DNA of 64,000 nt from Polyangiaceae bacterium (GTDB taxonomy: Bacteria > Myxococcota_A > Polyangia > Polyangiales > Polyangiaceae): contig JBNKBE010000014.1 in NCBI GenBank assembly GCA_050287085.1, positions 32,001-96,000 on the forward strand, read 5' to 3'. Below the pieces are notes generated by a model. The model was not told where the DNA came from. It worked only from the letters and a program-made list of their open reading frames with translations, and did no database searches. Made by a program: the position numbers and the translations under genes. Shown one piece after another: positions 39,323 to 48,982 of the stretch; positions within the stretch are counted from its first letter, which is position 1, and every line of letters starts with the position of its first letter.

Positions 39323-41764
39323 CTAGCGTGACGCATGGAGGTGCAAAGGCAACCGGGGCTCACGCTCATCAGGCCGCCCGTAAATGAATCGATAGACACC
39401 GCGACTCGCCAACACGCGTTTGGTGTAGCGCCGCGTCTCGCGAAAGGGGATCAACTCCACCCACAGATCAAAGTCGACATCTGGACGCTCCTGCAGCCAC
39501 CGCTTGGGACGCCCAGGACCGGCGTTGTACCCGGGAACGCCAAGCAGCGGGTTGTCCGGGAAGCGATCGGTGAAGCTGCGAAGCGCTGCGGCACCGAGTT
39601 GAATGTTGACGCTTGGCCGCTTCAGTGCGGCCGCTGACCATGGCAGCTTCTGCTGTCGAGCAAAGTGCTTGGCCGTCGGACGGATAAGCTGCATGAGCCC
39701 ATACGCGTCAGCGTGGCTGACCACCTTGGGATTGAACCCGGACTCCTCTCGCATGACAGCATAGATCAGTGCTTCGTCGAGCTCATGCTTCTCGGCGGCG
39801 CGAGTCACCACGTCGTGATAGGGGCGCGGAAACGCCAGCTCCCATGCCTCGCGCCAAGTCCCGACCGGCCAGCGACCGAGCCAATCGATGAGCCTCCCCC
39901 GAACTAGCTTGTGAGCGCGCTCAGTAGCACCAGCGCGAGCGTAGAGAAGAGCCGCACGCCACAAGTCTTCTGTCTCTTTCCCCGCGTTGCGACCGAACTC
40001 CGCTTCGGCCCAGTCCAATTCCCCGACGCGCAGCAGCGACAGACCGCGCTCGAACGACGCGTCGTCGGGGAGCGGCGAATCCGAGTCAAAAGGATGCAGC
40101 TCATGCTCGGACAGGGCGGCCTGGAGCGACGCAGCTGCACGTTCCGCAGACACCGCGCGAAGTTGCGAATATGCAAGTTGCATGTAGAAGGACAACGGTT
40201 GCTCCCGGACGAGTCGTTCGAACTCATCTAGGCCTCGCTCGACTTCCCCCGTGCTGATCCAGGAGCGGGCCAGAAAGTAGCGTTCGCGCCCCGCATACTC
40301 GTGATCGCGACTGACGTCCGCGCGGCGCGCCTGCTTCTCTACAGTCCCAAGAACTTGCCCCGCAGTCGCCCAATCACCCCGGTCCATGTAGCGCAGCGCG
40401 AGCTGAAAGACCCCATCCAGAACCATGTCACCCTCGGGGTAGACCGACGGGAGTTCTGCTAGTAGCTGCGTGAAACGAGATTCATCGCCTAGCTCGAGAT
40501 ATGAGTCGGCGCGACGAATGCGAGAGTCATCCGCCAAGGAGCTAGCGGGGAAGCGGCGTTCGAGCATCTCGTAGTGACGAACCGCCTCCGCATAGCGCTC
40601 TGCAATCTGCGCATTCTTGCCAGCTAGGAAGAGCACCTTGGGCCCCAACTCGTCATCGCGGCAGCGAGTGGCTGAGGCCGCAAGGACAGTCGCGGCTTCG
40701 GCAAAACGCCGAGTTCCGGCCAAGGCCTTGCCGCGCAGGTAGTGGACCTCACAGGTCGACTCGGAGCCCTGCTGCGCTCCGACATCCCGAAGCAGATCGT
40801 CAGCGGCAGCAAGTGCGTCCTCGTAGTCCGCACCCGATACCAGAGCACGAAGACGCACTAGCTGGTCGGCACGACTCAGAGCCTGGTGCTGGGCAAAGAG
40901 TTTGGGCGGCATGCGAGCCAACACGGTCATTTCCAATTGGGCGGCCCGTTTGCCCAGCTTAGAGCCCGGCGCACGCAGAGCGACTGCACGCAGATGAGCC
41001 AGAGCGCGGGCCAGCACAACCTGCGTGGCCTTGTCTTCCACCCCGTCCGTGCTTTCACTCAGCGAGCCAAGCAGCGCCTCGGCCAGTCTGAGATGAACGC
41101 GAAGATTGATGGAATCTGCGGTGGGCACAGAAAGCAAGCTCTCTAGTTCGCCACGGGCCGCGTCAAAGTGCTCGCTTGCAAGCCACGCCTCGGCAAGCCA
41201 GAGCCGCGCAGTAGGGCCCACTGGACTCGCCACGTCAACCGCCAGCAGCTGCGGTATCGCCCGATCGCGTGCACCAGTCGCTAGCGCGGCTTGCCCCGCG
41301 TAGGTCCGAGCATAGTCTGCGAGCAGCTTCTCCTCAGAAAGGTAGCGCTCGAAGTTGACCAGCGCTTCTCCGTTCTCCCCGGCTAGCAAGTGCAAGCGCC
41401 CGAGCAAGAACTTGGGCTCCGCCGCATCCTGCAGGCCCTGAGCCTTTAGGGCAAGCGCGTACAACCTCGCCGCATCGCTGTACCGGTCCTCAGCAACACA
41501 CTGCCGCACCTCGGCAAAAGCGTCGTCGTCAAGCAGCCCTCGAAAACGAGCCGTGGTGGTCCTCGCGGGCCCCGGACCCGGCGGCGGCTTAGCGGGCGTC
41601 GAGTCCTGCACGAGGGGTCGCGGTAGGCCCCGTGTTTCCGGAGGCGGTTGCGGAGCAGAACAGCCAGTGCCGACGACCCACGCCGCAAGCGACCAAGCCA
41701 CAAGCGACCAAGCCCCAAGGCGAACTGCCGCTCGCTGGCCCCATATCCAGGCGACCGCGCTCAT
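39323..41764 (-). CDS. Slt70-like lytic transglycosylase lipoprotein with TPR repeats
   Basis: Lipobox VGTGC; TPR-like helices; REESGF, AYGLMQL, YNAGPG, IPFRETRRY. Confidence 0.92.
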   Translation of the reverse strand: MSAVAWIWGQRAAVRLGAWSLVAWSLAAWVVGTGCSAPQPPPETRGLPRPLVQDSTPAKPPPGPGPARTTTARFRGLLDDDAFAEVRQCVAEDRYSDAARLYALALKAQGLQDAAEPKFLLGRLHLLAGENGEALVNFERYLSEEKLLADYARTYAGQAALATGARDRAIPQLLAVDVASPVGPTARLWLAEAWLASEHFDAARGELESLLSVPTADSINLRVHLRLAEALLGSLSESTDGVEDKATQVVLARALAHLRAVALRAPGSKLGKRAAQLEMTVLARMPPKLFAQHQALSRADQLVRLRALVSGADYEDALAAADDLLRDVGAQQGSESTCEVHYLRGKALAGTRRFAEAATVLAASATRCRDDELGPKVLFLAGKNAQIAERYAEAVRHYEMLERRFPASSLADDSRIRRADSYLELGDESRFTQLLAELPSVYPEGDMVLDGVFQLALRYMDRGDWATAGQVLGTVEKQARRADVSRDHEYAGRERYFLARSWISTGEVERGLDEFERLVREQPLSFYMQLAYSQLRAVSAERAAASLQAALSEHELHPFDSDSPLPDDASFERGLSLLRVGELDWAEAEFGRNAGKETEDLWRAALLYARAGATERAHKLVRGRLIDWLGRWPVGTWREAWELAFPRPYHDVVTRAAEKHELDEALIYAVMREESGFNPKVVSHADAYGLMQLIRPTAKHFARQQKLPWSAAALKRPSVNIQLGAAALRSFTDRFPDNPLLGVPGYNAGPGRPKRWLQERPDVDFDLWVELIPFRETRRYTKRVLASRGVYRFIYGRPDEREPRLPLHLHASR

Positions 41765-42222
41765 ATGCGCCTCGCTCGGAAAGCGTCGGCCACTTCTTCC
41801 TCGACTGCAGCTTGTTGCTCGTTGTCAGCCGTGCGACGCGCCCGCGTGTTGTAGTTCGCGACAACGCGATGAGCAGCATGCGCCGCTGCCACCGACGCAT
41901 GCGCCTGCGCGTAGCCTTCACCGCTGACGCGCACCAGAGCCGCCGCGCGCTCACACTCGCCGGAAAGCTGCTGCAGGCGAATCTCTTCCGCTCGCTGAAA
42001 GTGCGCCAGGGCTTGAAGGTCTTCCGCGTTGAGCTCGTCACGTTGAAGTTCACCACGCCGGGCCTCCAACAATTGTCGCTCGGCCTCGCCGCGGAACCGA
42101 CGCGCGGCCTCTTCGGCTGCAATCGCTCTCTCAGCCGCCGCTGCGGCCAAACGCAACTCCTCCTTGGCCGCGGAGAGCTGATGACCCCGCAGTCGCTCCA
42201 GCGCCGAAAGCGACGGCTTCAT
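41761..42222 (-). CDS. Coiled-coil protein, FliJ/SctO(YscO)-like
   Basis: 153 aa all-helical; LSALERLR..LSAAKEEL start and EQQAAVEE end resemble FliJ/YscO; ATGA overlap with the Slt gene. Confidence 0.5.
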   Translation of the reverse strand: MKPSLSALERLRGHQLSAAKEELRLAAAAAERAIAAEEAARRFRGEAERQLLEARRGELQRDELNAEDLQALAHFQRAEEIRLQQLSGECERAAALVRVSGEGYAQAHASVAAAHAAHRVVANYNTRARRTADNEQQAAVEEEVADAFRARRI

Positions 42223-42412
42223 GGCGGTGAGTGTAGCGCGAAGCGCCGCCTAAAAGCGACCATTTGACGATTCTAGCTTGTCTTGCAACGGCTCTGAGGG
42301 CGCAGCTCCAAGCACGGCCACACTGCATCCCCCCAATGGGCCAGGAGAGCACTCTTTTCTCCGCCACGCTCAAGCGAAAACAGCAGGCAGATCGCGGTCT
42401 CGAGCTCGCTCG

Positions 42413-43423
42413 CTAGGGAAGCACAGGCAAGGCTCGGGCGGCACTGAGCTCCGAGGCCGCCCCCACGTTCGCGCCGGCGGCGCAACGCTTGCAAATATCC
42501 AACTCGAACCGGCCTCGAGCCAAGTCTCGCCGCAGTTGACGCAATGACTGCTTGTTCCAAATGTCGCGTAGATGCTCGCTACCAATATTGCCGAAGCTGA
42601 CTGTACTGAAGTAGTCATTGCAGCAGAGGATCACGTTTCCTTGGTGGTCGATGGTCACATTCTCCGCCGGAATACGGCACGACGTCTTGACTTCCAACTT
42701 GTCGTGCTCGACAAGTCCACCGCGATTGGACAGCTCCGTATCAGCGTCGAAACGGCGATAGTCGAGCCGCACCCCCGCCGCGCCATGTTGGCGGCGATGT
42801 TCAAGGACCGCCTCCACTCCGCGAAGCGGCTTGGCGCTGTGCTGAGTGACGAGTAGGCCGTCGAGGCCCGCCCGCACCAGGCTTTGGTAGCGCGCCACGT
42901 CCAGATAGTCCCCGTTGGTGAATACGACGATCTTGGCCAGGGGCAACTTGCCACGGCAGCGCGCAATCCAACTCTCGAGACGCTCATCGAGCAGGGGCTC
43001 ACCGTAAAAGTGGGGACTGATGCGCCCCGCAAAGCGCAGGTCAGCAAGCTGCCCCAGGAGGCGCTCGAATAGGTCATCGCCCATGCGCTGCTCGTTCTTG
43101 AGCAGTCCGCGCTCGTGGTGAGCGTTGGGACAGTAGCTGCAGCGTCGGTTGCACGCGGTCGTCGACTCGACTTCAACTACTTGGAAGAAGTCCGAGGTTC
43201 CGCGCCGCAACAGGTTTTCGGCGCCATAGACGAACTGCTCGGTACGCGTATTCCAAAGCTTGGTCGGACGCAGGCGACGCAGCGTTCGGAGCCACCAGCC
43301 GAGTTCCGGCGCCTCGGCCTCAAGCGGCACAGGTCGACCTCGACGGCCACCTCGCGTTGCCTCGGTCTCGGGAGCTGCGCCCATGGATGGGGAAAGCACT
43401 TCGGGCTCCTGCTGCACAGTCAC
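42413..43423 (-). CDS. Radical SAM protein with SPASM/Twitch domain
   Basis: CNRRCSYC, GEPLL, FTNG; C-terminal C..GNVILCC...GNI...CKRC; SD GGAGGG. Confidence 0.92.
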   Translation of the reverse strand: MTVQQEPEVLSPSMGAAPETEATRGGRRGRPVPLEAEAPELGWWLRTLRRLRPTKLWNTRTEQFVYGAENLLRRGTSDFFQVVEVESTTACNRRCSYCPNAHHERGLLKNEQRMGDDLFERLLGQLADLRFAGRISPHFYGEPLLDERLESWIARCRGKLPLAKIVVFTNGDYLDVARYQSLVRAGLDGLLVTQHSAKPLRGVEAVLEHRRQHGAAGVRLDYRRFDADTELSNRGGLVEHDKLEVKTSCRIPAENVTIDHQGNVILCCNDYFSTVSFGNIGSEHLRDIWNKQSLRQLRRDLARGRFELDICKRCAAGANVGAASELSAARALPVLP

Positions 43424-43459
43424 TCTTCACCCTCCCTGGACTCAACCGCTGGTGCAACG

Positions 43460-44155
43460 TCAGTCTTGCTCGTCCTTGGGCGGAGTGGCCAAGACGGACG
43501 GCAAGAGGTGGTTCATCTGCTCGCGCTTGACGCGCAGGTATTCCAGCGAATGCTCATTGGGTTGAATCACGAGCGGCAGTCGTCCCACAACACGAACACC
43601 GTGTTCCGCCATCGCCTCCAGCTTCTCTGGGTTGTTGGTGAGCAGTTTCACGCTGGCTACCCCAAGGTCCGCTAGAATGGCAGCGGCCACGCCGTAGCCT
43701 CGCGCGTCCACCGGAAGGTTGAGCTGTTCGTTGGCCTCGATCGTGTTTGCGCCCTGATCTTGAAGCGCATAGGCACGGATCTTGTTGGCCAAGCCAATGC
43801 CCCGGCCTTCCTGCCGCAAGTAGAGAATGCAGCCGCGCTCCTGCGATTGGATGAACCGCTGCGCCTCGAGCAACTGGGCACGACAGTCGCACTTCATCGA
43901 GGAGAAGACCTCCCCGGTAAGGCATTCCGAATGCACACGCACGGGTAGCGCATGCGCCCCCGAAACGTCGCCGCGCACCAGAGCTACATGCTCATTGCTC
44001 AACGAGGGGTGTACACCGGCTTCATTTGAGCGGTACACCAGGAAGCGAAACGTGCCAAACTCGGTGGGCAAGCTCGATTCTGCAAGCCGTTGGACGCCCA
44101 ACATGGGCACTTCTGCTGGCGACGTCATCGTCAAATGCATACCACGGCATAGCAA
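43460..44155 (-). CDS. ribA: GTP cyclohydrolase II (stand-alone)
   Basis: RVHSECLTG...CDC, YLRQEGRGIGL.NK, LLTNNPEK; exact start uncertain. Confidence 0.95.
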   Translation of the reverse strand: MLCRGMHLTMTSPAEVPMLGVQRLAESSLPTEFGTFRFLVYRSNEAGVHPSLSNEHVALVRGDVSGAHALPVRVHSECLTGEVFSSMKCDCRAQLLEAQRFIQSQERGCILYLRQEGRGIGLANKIRAYALQDQGANTIEANEQLNLPVDARGYGVAAAILADLGVASVKLLTNNPEKLEAMAEHGVRVVGRLPLVIQPNEHSLEYLRVKREQMNHLLPSVLATPPKDEQD

Positions 44156-44400
44156 ATGCCGGCCGAGACGCTCTAGCCGATGGTGCTCTCAGAGCCAACG
44201 GCGGGCCCAGTGGCCCAATGTAGGTGCGCCATCGCAGACCAGCCGTGGACGAGCCGTGGCCCATGTTCCTGTTCTGACTGGATAATTCTCAGTTCTCCAG
44301 GCTCCGTTGAACGTCATCGCACGCAGCGAATGTAGCCTGTTCCACCTAGCGGCAGCGACCTTTGTGCCAGGAGGGCTTTGTTCTACCTTGCTCGGGCACC

Positions 44401-45180
44401 ATGAAACCTGGTTCACATAAATGTGAAGCCGAACACCACGAGCTCCTCCGCGCGTGGCAAGCGGAGAGATTTGGCGTCCCCGACCGCCATTCGAGCCCCG
44501 AGGACCTCACGGCGCTCTATGAGCCGCTATGCGGCGAGCGCGTGCAACGCCTGGCGCACCTCGGACAAAGCGCAGACGGCTTCATTGCCGGCGCCGACGG
44601 TTGCTCTCGCGGGCTGAGCTCCCTGGAGAACCTCCTGCACCTCCACCGTCTGCGGGCCCTCTTCGACGTCGTTCTCGTCGGCGGCGCTACCGCGCGCACC
44701 GACGACCCTCAACTCACGACTCGGCTCGTATCGGGCCCCAATGCAACTCGCGCTGTGCTCGATCCACTGCTCAAGTGCCCGCCTCACCTTCAGCTCTTCA
44801 ACGGCGAGGCGCCAACGGTGGTGCTCTGCTGCCAAGACGCCCCCAGTCCGCGCCTTCCTGCGTCCGTGAAGCTACTCCGGCTTCGGACACCTTTCTCCCA
44901 GCTCAACGCAGCGGCAACATTCGAGGCCCTGAAGGCCGAAGGGCTCCCCCGGGTCTTTGTAGAGGGGGGCGGAGCTCTGGTTTCACGCGCCTACCGCGAG
45001 GGATGCCTCGACCGCTTACACATCGCGCTTGCGCCCCTATTCATCGGTTCTGGAGTCCCCGGCCTCGCTGTCGGAAGCGTGGACACCTTCCAATCGGCTC
45101 ACCGTCCCCGGAGCCGCCAATTCCAACTCGGCAGCGACGTCCTATTCGACTTCGATCTAAAGAGTCAGCCTGCCACCTAG
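44401..45180 (+). CDS. RibD C-terminal (reductase-only) family protein
   Basis: QSADGFIA, HRLRA..DVVLVG..T...DDPQLT.R, VEGG; no HAE/PCxxC deaminase domain. Confidence 0.88.
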   Translation: MKPGSHKCEAEHHELLRAWQAERFGVPDRHSSPEDLTALYEPLCGERVQRLAHLGQSADGFIAGADGCSRGLSSLENLLHLHRLRALFDVVLVGGATARTDDPQLTTRLVSGPNATRAVLDPLLKCPPHLQLFNGEAPTVVLCCQDAPSPRLPASVKLLRLRTPFSQLNAAATFEALKAEGLPRVFVEGGGALVSRAYREGCLDRLHIALAPLFIGSGVPGLAVGSVDTFQSAHRPRSRQFQLGSDVLFDFDLKSQPAT

Positions 45181-46137
45181 CTACGAGCCCTCGTCACCTT
45201 CACCCGGCTCGCCATGGCGTATGCGCTCGCCACGCCCCGCCCGGTGCAAGAGCACAAGCAGTCCGGGTAGACTCACGATAAGACCGAATAGACCAAATGT
45301 GACCGACACTGTGAGGCCTTGGGTTGCGTCGGCACCAAGCGCTGAAAACAAGCCGACGGCGGCCGCTTCACGCACCCCCCAACTGCCAATCGCGCTTGGC
45401 AGATTGGACGCCAGCAACAACAACGGCCCAAACCACAACAATTGACGCAAAGATAGAGGCACGTGTGCCGCCTGTGCCGAGATACTCAGCTCGAATAGGA
45501 GAGCCACGGTCAAGAGAATCGAAAGCGAGAGATGGCGAATGAGAACCTCGCCGCGGAGCAAGACCAGCGCCGCTTCACGCCCCCCGCTCACCCTGGCCGC
45601 CAATACAGCGCGATAGCGACGCCGCAACAAGAGCGCTGCTCCAACCGCCACGACTACCGCGAACACAACGAACGCAGCCGCTTGCTGACCCAGGAGCTCC
45701 GGCGGGGCAAGTGGAATGGCGCACGCCGCGGCAAGCAACAGGCCCATCTGTCCCGATACTCGGTCCAAAACCAAGCCCTGGGTAACAGCGCCGAATGCCC
45801 CCCCAGCGCGCACCGACCGCAGCAGGCGAGAGCCGTCACCCACCATTCCGGTCGGAAGGCACTGGTTGAGACTTACCGAAAGCGCATATTCGAGCGTCGC
45901 CGTCTTGAACGCAAGGTCGTGTCCGCAGGTGCGGGCCAAACCGGACCACCGCACCCCAAGGAGCACAAGCGTGCTAGCGTGAACGACGGCATAAGGAAGA
46001 AGCCAGCGAACGTCGAGCCCCATGAGCCGTGCCGCAAGCGCGCGTCCATCGACGAAGTAGAGCGCCGCTACCAACGCCGCACCGAACAATAGCAGATGGC
46101 CCCAACGCGTGGATGGCCACTTGCGCCAACTAGCCAA
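45181..46137 (-). CDS. Lysylphosphatidylglycerol-synthase TM (flippase-like) protein
   Basis: RW, NQCLPTGMVGD..R, LDR..G, PSAIGSWGVRE; about 8 TM segments. Confidence 0.88.
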   Translation of the reverse strand: MASWRKWPSTRWGHLLLFGAALVAALYFVDGRALAARLMGLDVRWLLPYAVVHASTLVLLGVRWSGLARTCGHDLAFKTATLEYALSVSLNQCLPTGMVGDGSRLLRSVRAGGAFGAVTQGLVLDRVSGQMGLLLAAACAIPLAPPELLGQQAAAFVVFAVVVAVGAALLLRRRYRAVLAARVSGGREAALVLLRGEVLIRHLSLSILLTVALLFELSISAQAAHVPLSLRQLLWFGPLLLLASNLPSAIGSWGVREAAAVGLFSALGADATQGLTVSVTFGLFGLIVSLPGLLVLLHRAGRGERIRHGEPGEGDEGS

Positions 46138-46237
46138 GCGTAAGCCTCCGCCCGTTGCTCAAGGCCTCCGACCCAACCTCCCCGCGCCAAGAGCCGGCGA
46201 GCAATCGACGTACGCGTTCAACTGACGCGTCATCCAT
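46130..46237 (-). pseudogene. 35-codon micro-ORF, possible remnant of a 6-carboxytetrahydropterin synthase (QueD-like) gene
   Basis: MDDASVERVRRLLAGSWRGEVGSEALSNGRRLTLG; overlaps both neighbours by 8 nt; AGSWRGEV resembles AHSFRGEV as recalled from memory. Confidence 0.35.
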
Positions 46238-47240
46238 GGCAGTCGCGCCCGCTCTGGTACTCAACGCAACGGACCGAGCGCAGTTCCTTTTCCTCATGCA
46301 GCGCCATCCGCTCGAAATGCTCCGGCAAGCGCTCGAAATCGACCCGCGACGCAACCAGAACGTCGAGCCGTGCGTCGTCCAGCAATCGCAAAGCTAGGTC
46401 CAAACGCTGACCGTAGCTCCAGCCGGGCTTGTTTGGACTTACCGACCCGACTTGGGAGCTCACGATCCGAAGGCGCTGCGAATGAAAAGCGCCACCCAAC
46501 GAAAGCGCCACTGGACTCGCGCCATACCAACTGAGCTCGACGAGAGTACCCCCGGGTCTCAGCAAACCGAGTGCTGTTTCAAGCCCCGCCTCCGTCGCAC
46601 TAGTGTGAAAAACGAAGTCTTGCGCTGTCCATGCCTCTTCTGGCGTTCGAACCCGCGCTCCTAGCTCCGCAAGCCACGCACACGCAGTGGGCTTCGGCTC
46701 GATTACTTGCACCTCTAATGCCAAGGAGCGACAAAGCAATGCGGTAAGCAAGCCCCCAACGCTCCCCGCCCCCACGACCGTAACGCGATCTCCAGCGACG
46801 GGTCGTGCGTCCCAGAGCGCGTTGAGGGCGGTTTCCATATTTGCAGCCAGAGTGGCACGTGCCAGCGGAACCGTGTCCGGCACCGTGCGAACCGCAGCCA
46901 GCGGTACCCAGTAGCGGTCCTGATGCGGATGAAGCACGAAAACGCGCCGGCCAACCTCCTCCTCCGCGCCGGCGATGATAACCCCAGCGCTCGAATACCC
47001 GTACTTGAGCGGCCCCGAAAACGGCCCAGTCTGAAATGGGGCTCGCATGCGCTCATGCTCGATCGCAGGAACCCCTCCCCGATGCACCAACGTCTCGGTA
47101 CCGGGACTGATCCCGCTGAAGTGAGTCTCAACCAAGACCGACCGCCCTTCAGCGCGAGACACTTCGCCCCAGGTCGGCAAGTCCTCGCTCTCCAGTCGGC
47201 CTCGTTCTCCGGGCAAGACCCAATAAGCCGTCGCCTTCAT
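46230..47240 (-). CDS. Zinc-binding alcohol dehydrogenase family (MDR) protein
   Basis: SGISPGTE, KYGYS, HPHQD, ANMETALN, VVGAGSVG, SWYG, FHSQRL.I.SSQV. Confidence 0.9.
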   Translation of the reverse strand: MKATAYWVLPGERGRLESEDLPTWGEVSRAEGRSVLVETHFSGISPGTETLVHRGGVPAIEHERMRAPFQTGPFSGPLKYGYSSAGVIIAGAEEEVGRRVFVLHPHQDRYWVPLAAVRTVPDTVPLARATLAANMETALNALWDARPVAGDRVTVVGAGSVGGLLTALLCRSLALEVQVIEPKPTACAWLAELGARVRTPEEAWTAQDFVFHTSATEAGLETALGLLRPGGTLVELSWYGASPVALSLGGAFHSQRLRIVSSQVGSVSPNKPGWSYGQRLDLALRLLDDARLDVLVASRVDFERLPEHFERMALHEEKELRSVRCVEYQSGRDCHG

Positions 47241-48934
47241 GGCACACGCTCCTCCGCACGCCCCCGCGAAAAGCCGCGCAGGAACGCCGGCAGAAAGCTC
47301 TCCATGGGCAGATGAGGCGCGGGTTGGCGCGGCGTCAGCCCGTCAGCGTAGCCGCGCTCTCGAAAAGGCACTAGCAGTTCCGGCCGTCGACTGAAGGCAA
47401 AAATCGGAACGGCGTGGGAGCTCCCATGTCCGCTGACTTTGGTCACCGGCTGATGATCCCCAAGCGCTATCACCAGCGCGTCGCTGGCAACGTATTTGAT
47501 GAGGTAGTCGGTGAGCACGCGCAAGTCATAGTTGATCGTAGCTGCATAGGCCTCCGGAGCACGACCCATGTTGGACCAGGTGAGACCCGAAAACTCTCGG
47601 TTTCTGACCCGAGCATAGCTCTCCCCTCGTCCAATCGCATCCCAGTCGGCAAAAAGATGGGGCACGGTAGCCCATGGCCCGTGGCTCGTGATCAGAGCAA
47701 ACTCGGCGAATAGAGGGGGATGCCCTGGTCGCAATTCGGCCCGATGCAGAGCGTCAATGGTGTACTGGTCTGGCAGTTCACCCCATCCGACCACAGGCCC
47801 ACGATAGTCAAACTGCCATCGGTCGTAGAGCTTGTCGAACCCCCAGAACTCCCCTTCCGGCCAGTCCAGACGAGTCCCTGGCATGGCGAATACCGAGCGA
47901 TAGCCAGCCTTTCTAAGCAAGCGCGGTAGGGTTGGCGCATCCGACGCCATGACGAGACGGTAGTCGAAGTCGTTGTCAATTCGGATGCCGGTACCCAGCG
48001 TCAGCTGCGCGCGATGAGAACCAGCCCCATAGGTCGGTGACTCCATGAGGTTGGATACCACGCCGTAGCCCGCGTCCCTCAGACGGTCCAAGCTCTCATT
48101 CAACACCGGAAGATGCGTCGCGTAGAGCTTTTGGTCGTCGTAGGAACAAGCCCCGAAGGACTCGATCAGAAACAGGTATACTGTGGCACCACGAAGCCGA
48201 CTCAGATCGTGCGGCGTCTCGGCGATTTCGCGTTTCGCGGTCTCGATGCGCTGAACTATCTGAGAACGGTAGCCGGCCGCCTGCAACGCGAAGTCCACTT
48301 CGGTCGCAATACGCGGCACAACGCTCGGATTGAGCGCGGCCAGCGCATCGCGAGCGGTCCAGCGTTCCGGCGCCTTGTCGTCCGGCATGCCCCAATAGAC
48401 CGTGGCCGCGAGCGCCAAGAGCAGGCCACGCCGCCCCAGAGTCCGTTGCTGGCTACGAAATGCCTGGCGGGACGCCCAACTCACAAGCGAAACAGCGACG
48501 ACCAACCCCACTACGCTCAGGATCCCAAATAGGACAAAGTCGGACAGAGGCATGGTTTGGTAGAGCAACCGCACCCCTTCTCTCACGAGGTGCAATTCCA
48601 CGGTTGCGTTGAACTGCCGATGAAAGAACTCGCCGACGATACCGTCCGCAATCCGCAACGCGAACGCGAGCAATACGACAATCGCAACCACCGCGTGCAC
48701 CAGCGTCGGAACGCGCTTCCGCAGCAGTGCCACGAGTGCGTAGACAAGTAGTAGCGCAGACGCATCCACCGACGGCAGAGCCGTGCTGGGCTGGAGTTCA
48801 GCGGGGTTGGCGCCCAGGCAGAAGCTAAGCACAGCCCATGAAGCAGCGAGACCGGCGAGCGTTCGTAGCCGATGGGCCCATGCGCCGTCGATGCTTGGAT
48901 ACCGAATACGTAACTTCCGAAGCAGGGAAATCAT
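47237..48934 (-). CDS. Membrane-anchored sulfatase/alkaline-phosphatase superfamily protein
   Basis: About 5 N-terminal TM segments; LIESFG, SPTYGAGS, ITSHGPW, GDHQP; ATGA overlap with the dehydrogenase. Confidence 0.82.
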   Translation of the reverse strand: MISLLRKLRIRYPSIDGAWAHRLRTLAGLAASWAVLSFCLGANPAELQPSTALPSVDASALLLVYALVALLRKRVPTLVHAVVAIVVLLAFALRIADGIVGEFFHRQFNATVELHLVREGVRLLYQTMPLSDFVLFGILSVVGLVVAVSLVSWASRQAFRSQQRTLGRRGLLLALAATVYWGMPDDKAPERWTARDALAALNPSVVPRIATEVDFALQAAGYRSQIVQRIETAKREIAETPHDLSRLRGATVYLFLIESFGACSYDDQKLYATHLPVLNESLDRLRDAGYGVVSNLMESPTYGAGSHRAQLTLGTGIRIDNDFDYRLVMASDAPTLPRLLRKAGYRSVFAMPGTRLDWPEGEFWGFDKLYDRWQFDYRGPVVGWGELPDQYTIDALHRAELRPGHPPLFAEFALITSHGPWATVPHLFADWDAIGRGESYARVRNREFSGLTWSNMGRAPEAYAATINYDLRVLTDYLIKYVASDALVIALGDHQPVTKVSGHGSSHAVPIFAFSRRPELLVPFRERGYADGLTPRQPAPHLPMESFLPAFLRGFSRGRAEERVP

Positions 48935-48982
48935 TGTGGTCTCTGCGTTTTCTCAGCTGGCGCTTGACCCAGCTTCCCCGGT

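Noticed and set aside
44156..44400. FMN riboswitch between ribA and the RibD-family gene
   Set aside because: Conserved RFN segments not seen on either strand
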